Shown here piece by piece: positions 61,601 through 64,000 of a stretch of 64,000 bases of DNA. The stretch's first letter is position 1; each line of letters starts with the position of its first letter. The stretch is from Amoebophrya sp. A120 (taxonomy: Eukaryota; Protista; Dinoflagellata). Below the pieces are notes generated by a model. That model had not been told where the DNA came from. It saw only the letters and a list, made by a program, of their open reading frames with translations, and did no database searches. The DNA lies in the NCBI GenBank assembly GCA_905178155.1, contig CAJINV010000002.1:2881074-2945073 (forward strand), written 5' to 3'. The translations under genes and the position numbers were made by a program.

Positions 61601-63931
61601 GGGCAGCTCCTGGACCAAGAAGTAGCGCAGGAAGTACATCAGCCGACATGAAGATTTCTATTGCAGAAGAGGAACAACTTCTGCAGCAAGATCAGCAGGC
61701 TGTTGAGGAGGTGAGAAAGGTGTACACGTATTGCGGAAAAAAGATCGACACGCAAATGACGACCGTGAGAGCGGAGCAAGACCTGGCGCTGATGGAAACG
61801 GGAAAAATCCCGGTCAACGCCCTGCCGAGGAATTCGGAGAGGGATTTTCTGGCTCTGAACAACAGGAACGGGGCGGAGGCGGACGGGGTAGCAGAGGAAT
61901 ATGAGCACGCCAATATCAAAATGAAAAATCTCCCCTCCCCATATCGAAAGGGAAATTTGTGATGCTGTATTTGCGTACACAAGTTGAGTTGTATTGCTAG
62001 AAAGCCAATAGACCACGCAGTTGCGGCCTCGCTTGCAGATAAAACTCTGTCACGCTTCCAGTTGCTTTCTGCCATGCTGAAGACGCAAGCTTTATTTCCA
62101 ACGCCAGCCAGTACTACAGTCCGCATCTCTACTTCCCCTCTAGCATGACAAGGTGACTTGTGACTACAAAACACGCTACAGAAATTTCCGCTTTTGTATG
62201 AGAAGGTGAAGGGGGGGTTTTTCACTTGGATAGCTAACGACCCCCAACGCAGCTTCGGTGCGGCGCCCTTGGGATACCGAGTGAATTACTTGGACAGTTT
62301 AACAACAAGTACTAAAACATCATCGGTGGAAAGAACCAGTAGCAGCATGTCAAATTCAAAAACAAAAACCCAAGATGATCTTCCCCAGGAGGAGGTTTCT
62401 CAACAGTCGAAGATGGTACAGTTGCTCCCCTCGCAGACCTATGAATTGCAAAAGTATCGTACTAAGAAGTAAAAATTGCAATACTAATACAAACTAGCTC
62501 ATCACAACACATGGAAGTTGTGATGCTGATTTAGCTTGGAAAAGACACTTGTCATGCATATCTGCAAGTCGTCCGTGCGATAGTACTTTTGCAATGCATA
62601 AGACTGCACTGGACGAGTGTGTCTACTCTGCTTACTACCTAAAGCTCGCCGACGACATGCGGCGCAACACCAGGTTTCGGCGGTACCCGCTGTTCCCGGG
62701 GAAGGTAAATTTGTTGACGACCGTGAAATATCCTCTGCAAAAGTATCGTACTCGTAGTGAAAATCGCAGTCATGCATCACAAATCTTTTTCTTGAGGCAA
62801 ATCCGCATTACAAATTCTATTTCTATATGCGGAGGAGATTTGTAATGCAATTTATACCACTAGTGCGATGCTTTTGCAGTTCATATGAAAGCGTACGTGG
62901 ACCTCGAAGCTGCGAGCTTCCTGTTTTCAAAACACCAGTACCACGCTGATGCAGATTTACAGGAACGAGGATATAATTACAACAACAAGGAAACACTCTT
63001 GAACGACCACATGACCCACAGCAGCCTCCACGGCAACGGCACGCACGCGCACGGTATTTTCGCTTCGTATCCCTACAATGAGGAGTACGGCTTTGACGCA
63101 GCTTCTTACCAAGGGATCGTGAAGCGGGTCAGAGAGTATAGTAGGAAGAGAACATCAATAAAGAGCAGCACAAGCACTTCTTCTTCCATACAAGAATCTT
63201 TATCTCTCAGTGTCACCGACCGCCTCAGCGTCGGGATGTTTCTTTTTTTGGTAGAAAAGCGCATCGCGGAACACGAGTGGTGGGTTCTCTTACCCCCATG
63301 GGCGCGAGAAGTAGAGCGAGAGCCGGTGGATAATCAAGTCCGCGCGGCCGGGGAGCGCGACGGAGAAAGGCAAGAAGGAGAAGAAGTGCCAACGGTACTA
63401 GAAGATCAAGATGCGGGCGAGGGAAATAAAGCGGACACCGATCGGACGGCAGGACAAGAAGATGGAGTTGATACAGTCAGTGGCTCATCTAAAAGTTCGA
63501 GTACTTCTACTTCCGCTGCAAGAACTCCAAGTGGTGCTAGAAGTGACGACTCTTCTCTTCTGGACCTGAGAAGAGCAAGAGAAGCAATATCGGAGAACTC
63601 GGACGCTGATAATTTAGAAGATACTCGGCCTAGTAGAAGTAGGACAACCTCCCAAGAACATGAAGTGTCGGCCTACGACAGCACCACACAGGATAAAGAT
63701 AAAAATCCGTTCCAGCTGGACGCTATAACTTTAAGCCTTGCGAAGTCGTTCTGCCGCATCCGGGGCTCCATCATAGACCACGATCGGACGAACGCGCAGT
63801 CGCGCCGCGCGCTGTGGCACAGGTACAACTTAGGGAGGCACACAATAGAACTCCGGTACCATCGGAATTACGATAGCAATCGGAAAATTGCCGCCCGAAT
63901 TCCGATAGCAAGCGCAAAACGCACATATTGA
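19680..63931 (+). CDS. Giant hypothetical membrane-anchored protein (>=5,280 aa), 99 exons separated by 98 introner introns
   Basis: Exons are the intervals between IE1-IE98 (drop one 5-bp TSD per element). All junctions were read in frame: 44,252 - 27,919 - 490 = 15,843 nt = 5,281 codons. TM helix at about aa 374-398. The 3' end may continue beyond the window. Confidence 0.85.
21361..21584. mobile_element. Introner IE1, family E
   Basis: TIRs; TSD tgtag/tgcag; removal restores frame. Confidence 0.85.
22031..22301. mobile_element. Introner IE2, family A
   Basis: TIRs; TSD gcaac; removal restores frame. Confidence 0.9.
22607..22858. mobile_element. Introner IE3, family A
   Basis: TIRs; TSD gtttc; removal restores frame. 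Confidence 0.9.
23049..23214. mobile_element. Introner IE4, family D
   Basis: TIRs; TSD ttgcc; removal restores frame. Confidence 0.9.
23290..23610. mobile_element. Introner IE5, family B
   Basis: TIRs; TSD acctg; removal restores frame. Confidence 0.9.
23707..23985. mobile_element. Introner IE6, family C
   Basis: TIRs; TSD gagga; removal restores frame. Confidence 0.9.
23993..24299. mobile_element. Introner IE7, family C
   Basis: Degenerate TIRs; TSD ggagc; only 7 bp from IE6; removal restores frame. Confidence 0.85.
24338..24599. mobile_element. Introner IE8, family A
   Basis: TIRs; TSD ttcca; removal restores frame. Confidence 0.9.
24638..24800. mobile_element. Introner IE9, family D
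   Basis: TIRs; TSD agcca; removal restores frame. Confidence 0.9.
24989..25279. mobile_element. Introner IE10, family A
   Basis: TIRs; TSD ggcaa/ggcta; removal restores frame. Confidence 0.88.
25474..25697. mobile_element. Introner IE11, family E
   Basis: TIRs; TSD gcacg; removal restores frame. Confidence 0.88.
25762..26088. mobile_element. Introner IE12, family B
   Basis: TIRs; TSD agcaa; removal restores frame. Confidence 0.9.
26168..26459. mobile_element. Introner IE13, family G
   Basis: TIRs; TSD accga; removal restores frame. Confidence 0.88.
26534..26786. mobile_element. Introner IE14, family A
   Basis: TIRs; TSD gacag; removal restores frame. Confidence 0.9.
26930..27181. mobile_element. 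Introner IE15, family A
   Basis: TIRs; TSD aaccc; near reverse complement of IE37. Confidence 0.9.
27229..27547. mobile_element. Introner IE16, family H
   Basis: TIRs; TSD gagag/cagag; reverse-orientation relative of IE20. Confidence 0.88.
27600..27924. mobile_element. Introner IE17, family B
   Basis: TIRs; TSD tcgcg; removal restores frame. Confidence 0.9.
27961..28178. mobile_element. Introner IE18, family E
   Basis: TIRs; TSD gtgga; removal restores frame. Confidence 0.9.
28369..28603. mobile_element. Introner IE19, family E
   Basis: TIRs; TSD ggcct; removal restores frame. Confidence 0.9.
28717..29029. mobile_element. Introner IE20, family H
   Basis: TIRs; TSD ggaca; removal restores frame. 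Confidence 0.9.
29215..29476. mobile_element. Introner IE21, family A
   Basis: TIRs; TSD caccc; removal restores frame. Confidence 0.9.
29819..30043. mobile_element. Introner IE22, family F
   Basis: TIRs; TSD cggaa; removal restores frame. Confidence 0.9.
30083..30348. mobile_element. Introner IE23, family A
   Basis: TIRs; TSD tgccc; removal restores frame. Confidence 0.9.
30657..30891. mobile_element. Introner IE24, family E
   Basis: TIRs; TSD gtaga/gtagc; removal restores frame. Confidence 0.88.
31143..31374. mobile_element. Introner IE25, family E
   Basis: TIRs; TSD gtcgt/gccgc (both differences synonymous); removal restores frame. Confidence 0.85.
31451..31729. mobile_element. Introner IE26, family C
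   Basis: TIRs; TSD ctgag; removal restores frame. Confidence 0.9.
31892..32133. mobile_element. Introner IE27, family F
   Basis: TIRs; TSD gcgac; removal restores frame. Confidence 0.9.
32349..32635. mobile_element. Introner IE28, family A
   Basis: TIRs (starts CAT); TSD cacgg; removal restores frame. Confidence 0.9.
32690..32975. mobile_element. Introner IE29, family A
   Basis: TIRs; TSD gctga; removal restores frame. Confidence 0.88.
33041..33216. mobile_element. Introner IE30, family D
   Basis: TIRs; TSD gacac; removal restores frame. Confidence 0.9.
33276..33491. mobile_element. Introner IE31, family E
   Basis: TIRs; TSD gcatt; removal restores frame. Confidence 0.9.
33626..33874. 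mobile_element. Introner IE32, family A
   Basis: TIRs; TSD gcgca; removal restores frame. Confidence 0.9.
33955..34225. mobile_element. Introner IE33, family C
   Basis: TIRs; TSD gtggc; removal restores frame. Confidence 0.9.
34286..34531. mobile_element. Introner IE34, family F
   Basis: TIRs; TSD accta/tccta; removal restores frame. Confidence 0.88.
34594..34918. mobile_element. Introner IE35, family B
   Basis: TIRs; TSD gcggt; removal restores frame. Confidence 0.9.
35052..35366. mobile_element. Introner IE36, family C
   Basis: TIRs; TSD ggtaa/ggaaa; removal restores frame. Confidence 0.86.
35397..35651. mobile_element. Introner IE37, family A
   Basis: TIRs; TSD ggagc/ggggc; near reverse complement of IE15. 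Confidence 0.88.
35935..36213. mobile_element. Introner IE38, family C
   Basis: TIRs; TSD tagcg; removal restores frame. Confidence 0.9.
36255..36447. mobile_element. Introner IE39, family E
   Basis: TIRs; TSD tcccc/tcctc; reverse-orientation relative of IE41. Confidence 0.88.
36508..36789. mobile_element. Introner IE40, family A
   Basis: TIRs; TSD aagct; removal restores frame. Confidence 0.88.
37007..37215. mobile_element. Introner IE41, family E
   Basis: TIRs; TSD gcaag; removal restores frame. Confidence 0.9.
37393..37653. mobile_element. Introner IE42, family A
   Basis: TIRs; TSD gagca; removal restores frame. Confidence 0.9.
37696..37959. mobile_element. Introner IE43, family A
   Basis: TIRs; TSD cgagg; removal restores frame. 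Confidence 0.9.
38034..38295. mobile_element. Introner IE44, family A
   Basis: TIRs; TSD ccttt/tcttt; removal restores frame. Confidence 0.88.
38642..38930. mobile_element. Introner IE45, family A
   Basis: TIRs; TSD gatgc; removal restores frame. Confidence 0.9.
38960..39192. mobile_element. Introner IE46, family F
   Basis: TIRs; TSD gctgc; removal restores frame. Confidence 0.9.
39226..39370. mobile_element. Introner IE47, family D
   Basis: TIRs; TSD tgctg; removal restores frame. Confidence 0.9.
39406..39689. mobile_element. Introner IE48, family A
   Basis: TIRs; TSD tgcat/tgcac; removal restores frame. Confidence 0.88.
39721..39869. mobile_element. Introner IE49, family D
   Basis: TIRs; TSD cgcaa; removal restores frame. 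Confidence 0.9.
39910..40175. mobile_element. Introner IE50, family A
   Basis: TIRs; TSD cacgc; removal restores frame. Confidence 0.9.
40224..40428. mobile_element. Introner IE51, family I
   Basis: TIRs; TSD ctgag; close copy of IE55. Confidence 0.9.
40507..40790. mobile_element. Introner IE52, family G
   Basis: TIRs; TSD tcgaa; removal restores frame. Confidence 0.9.
41128..41278. mobile_element. Introner IE53, family D
   Basis: TIRs; TSD gtgta; removal restores frame. Confidence 0.9.
41330..41593. mobile_element. Introner IE54, family A
   Basis: TIRs; TSD tgcgg; removal restores frame. Confidence 0.9.
41739..41944. mobile_element. Introner IE55, family I
   Basis: TIRs; TSD aatat; removal restores frame. 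Confidence 0.9.
42027..42238. mobile_element. Introner IE56, family E
   Basis: TIRs; TSD ctgcg; removal restores frame. Confidence 0.9.
42279..42600. mobile_element. Introner IE57, family B
   Basis: TIRs; TSD ggtgt; removal restores frame. Confidence 0.9.
42636..42855. mobile_element. Introner IE58, family J
   Basis: TIRs; TSD ttttt/ttttc; removal restores frame. Confidence 0.88.
42972..43209. mobile_element. Introner IE59, family E
   Basis: Degenerate TIRs; TSD cgagc/cgggc; removal restores frame. Confidence 0.85.
43286..43584. mobile_element. Introner IE60, family C
   Basis: TIRs; TSD ggttc/ggtgc; removal restores frame. Confidence 0.88.
43739..43887. mobile_element. Introner IE61, family D
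   Basis: TIRs; TSD acact; removal restores frame. Confidence 0.9.
43933..44175. mobile_element. Introner IE62, family F
   Basis: TIRs; TSD ctgat; removal restores frame. Confidence 0.9.
44320..44580. mobile_element. Introner IE63, family A
   Basis: TIRs; TSD cccct; removal restores frame. Confidence 0.9.
44647..44925. mobile_element. Introner IE64, family C (left end apparently copied from IE65)
   Basis: Flanks ggttt/ggatg; body is a near reverse complement of IE6; removal plus 5 bp still restores frame. Confidence 0.82.
44970..45262. mobile_element. Introner IE65, family C
   Basis: TIRs; TSD ggttt; removal restores frame. Confidence 0.9.
45430..46351. mobile_element. Introner IE66, family D-like, enlarged to 922 bp by a nested insertion
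   Basis: TAT...ATA ends; TSD gctgc; removal joins IASKL/PDWEDPK in frame. Confidence 0.82.
45606..46338 (+). mobile_element. Helentron/HINE-like non-autonomous insertion nested in IE66
   Basis: 11-bp subterminal inverted repeat gtagtgaggtc (45614-45624) / gacctcactac (46306-46316), a small GC stem-loop at 46319-46330 and T-runs at both edges; ends approximate. Confidence 0.5.
46402..46557. mobile_element. Introner IE67, family D
   Basis: TIRs; TSD gggca; removal restores frame. Confidence 0.9.
46647..46924. mobile_element. Introner IE68, family A
   Basis: Degenerate TIRs; TSD agtgt; removal restores frame. Confidence 0.86.
46973..47232. mobile_element. Introner IE69, family F
   Basis: TIRs; TSD tggca/gggca; removal restores frame. 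Confidence 0.88.
47299..47565. mobile_element. Introner IE70, family A
   Basis: TIRs; TSD acaac; removal restores frame. Confidence 0.9.
47847..48108. mobile_element. Introner IE71, family A
   Basis: TIRs; TSD cgcga; removal restores frame. Confidence 0.9.
48157..48432. mobile_element. Introner IE72, family A
   Basis: TIRs; TSD acttg/actcg; removal restores frame. Confidence 0.88.
48548..48783. mobile_element. Introner IE73, family J
   Basis: TIRs; TSD ccacg; removal restores frame. Confidence 0.88.
48854..49221. mobile_element. Introner IE74, family D, with internal ~23-bp tandem repeat
   Basis: TIRs; TSD cacgt; aaattgcattacaaattaagtaa about x4 at ~48883-48975. Confidence 0.88.
49313..49536. 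mobile_element. Introner IE75, family J
   Basis: TIRs; TSD aatgg/aaggg; removal restores frame. Confidence 0.88.
49635..49874. mobile_element. Introner IE76, family F
   Basis: TIRs; TSD gagca; removal restores frame. Confidence 0.9.
50068..50330. mobile_element. Introner IE77, family A
   Basis: TIRs; TSD cactt; removal restores frame. Confidence 0.9.
50382..50702. mobile_element. Introner IE78, family B
   Basis: TIRs; TSD tgcag; removal restores frame. Confidence 0.9.
50873..51127. mobile_element. Introner IE79, family A
   Basis: TIRs; TSD tcagt; reverse-orientation relative of IE3. Confidence 0.9.
51193..51354. mobile_element. Introner IE80, family D
   Basis: TIRs; TSD gatga; removal restores frame. 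Confidence 0.9.
51476..51769. mobile_element. Introner IE81, family C
   Basis: TIRs; TSD cttcg; removal restores frame. Confidence 0.9.
51824..52083. mobile_element. Introner IE82, family A
   Basis: TIRs; TSD ccggc; removal restores frame. Confidence 0.88.
52181..52462. mobile_element. Introner IE83, family C
   Basis: TIRs; TSD cccca/ccccg; removal restores frame. Confidence 0.88.
53738..53988. mobile_element. Introner IE84, family A
   Basis: TIRs; TSD ggggc; same subfamily as IE70 (same orientation) and IE42 (opposite). Confidence 0.9.
54109..54394. mobile_element. Introner IE85, family C
   Basis: TIRs; TSD gcgca; removal restores frame. Confidence 0.9.
54459..54693. mobile_element. Introner IE86, family E
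   Basis: TIRs; TSD gctgc; removal restores frame. Confidence 0.88.
54716..54860. mobile_element. Introner IE87, family D
   Basis: TIRs; TSD actac; removal restores frame. Confidence 0.9.
54915..55250. mobile_element. Introner IE88, family B
   Basis: TIRs; TSD cgagg/cgacg; removal restores frame. Confidence 0.86.
55304..55555. mobile_element. Introner IE89, family J
   Basis: TIRs; TSD aaact/aaaca; removal restores frame. Confidence 0.86.
56118..56275. mobile_element. Introner IE90, family D
   Basis: TIRs; TSD aggag; removal restores frame. Confidence 0.88.
56412..56673. mobile_element. Introner IE91, family A
   Basis: TIRs; TSD ctgca; removal restores frame. Confidence 0.9.
56791..57112. 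mobile_element. Introner IE92, family B
   Basis: TIRs; TSD cttcg/attcg; removal restores frame. Confidence 0.88.
57422..57701. mobile_element. Introner IE93, family C
   Basis: TIRs; TSD gcacg; removal restores frame. Confidence 0.9.
57823..58037. mobile_element. Introner IE94, family E
   Basis: TIRs; TSD gcgac/gcgat; removal restores frame. Confidence 0.88.
58673..60427. mobile_element. 1,755-bp TIR DNA transposon nested in IE95 (same TAT...ATA / 5-bp TSD signature)
   Basis: Perfect 38-bp TIR tatccaggaaaaaacacccatccccatccattttgcct; TSD ctgct at 58668-58672 and 60428-60432; no recognisable transposase. Confidence 0.88.
60499..61397 (+). mobile_element. Non-autonomous Helitron nested in IE95
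   Basis: 5'-TC(TATTATATT) start and CTAG-3' end, inserted between A and T; 8-bp GC hairpin gctccggc-ggca-gccggagc at 61360-61379; internal minisatellites (aaaagaggtc, ccctctcgcgcca). Confidence 0.75.
61914..62232. mobile_element. Introner IE96, family B
   Basis: TIRs; TSD gccaa/gctaa; removal restores frame. Confidence 0.86.
62440..62600. mobile_element. Introner IE97, family D
   Basis: TIRs; TSD agacc/agact; removal restores frame. Confidence 0.88.
62729..62885. mobile_element. Introner IE98, family D
   Basis: TIRs; TSD tgaaa; removal restores frame. Confidence 0.9.
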
Positions 63932-64000
63932 AACGGCGCGCGCAACTTGTTTTGGAGCGTTGCCGGCGCCTGGTAGCGCTCCTGGCGCCGTGTGGAATGC

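Larger units (their letters stand above)
21361..62885. repeat. Array of 98 dispersed introner elements (IE1-IE98) in 10 TIR families
   Basis: Approximate terminal consensus and counts: A TATCAAATGCAAAAATGTCTGGGTCTGGAA (30); B TATCAAAAGGAAAAATCCCCCCTCCCCATAT (9); C TATCCTGTGTAAAAACGTCCCCA (13); D TATCCTGTGCAAAAGTATCGTAC (16); E TATCCAAGAAAAAAACTGTG (13); F TATGGCGTTCTCAAACGTTACA (7); G TATGACCTGCTCA (2); H TATTACAATGAAAAA (2); I TATGAAGAGAAAAAAGTTCGTCAC (2); J TATGACAGTGCACAACTCC (4). 72 TSDs are perfect and 26 imperfect. Confidence 0.92.

Noticed and set aside
21361-62885. Many short ORFs sharing peptides such as FQTQTFLHLI, MQKCLGLEE, AKMSGSGR and KIPPPHI, suggesting a repeat-protein family
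   Set aside because: They are translations of the TIRs in different frames and strands; they start and stop inconsistently and lie in segments that must be removed to keep the host frame.
21361-62885. CRISPR-like or integron-like repeat/spacer array
   Set aside because: Repeats are 145-370 bp, belong to 10 families in both orientations and carry TSDs; the spacers are exons of one ORF; no cas or integrase gene is present.
19680-63931. A pseudogene destroyed by MITE insertions
   Set aside because: No stop or frameshift was found in ~15.8 kb of reconstructed exon although many elements are visibly old and diverged, which implies ongoing selection on the spliced product.

Overview
Eukaryotic (protist) genomic DNA, most consistent with a Syndiniales dinoflagellate such as Amoebophrya; this is inferred from intron architecture, and no search was run. 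Part 1 (1-~17.2 kb) is a tandemly duplicated, partly decayed cluster of mostly intronless hypothetical genes: a hydrophobic-leader family carrying LETKQ..KYGNLRG, a Tudor/PWWP-like barrel family and acidic low-complexity ORFs. It also holds a GC-rich insertion and one old introner. Part 2 (19680 to at least 63931, + strand) is one giant gene interrupted by 98 MITE-like elements, mostly 145-370 bp, with TAT...ATA terminal inverted repeats (TIRs) and a 5-bp target-site duplication (TSD). They fall into 10 families and occur in both orientations. I traced all 98 junctions by hand: removing each element plus one TSD copy gives a single stop-free frame of 15,843 nt (5,280 aa + stop). Only about 5 junctions can be slid to GT-AG, so these behave as non-canonical, orientation-independent transposon-derived introns (introners). 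Two of them carry nested passengers: a 1,755-bp element with a perfect 38-bp TIR, a Helitron and a Helentron/HINE-like element. Most short ORFs in the supplied track beyond 21 kb are artefacts of these repeats. Coordinates were counted by hand and may be off by 1-2 bp.
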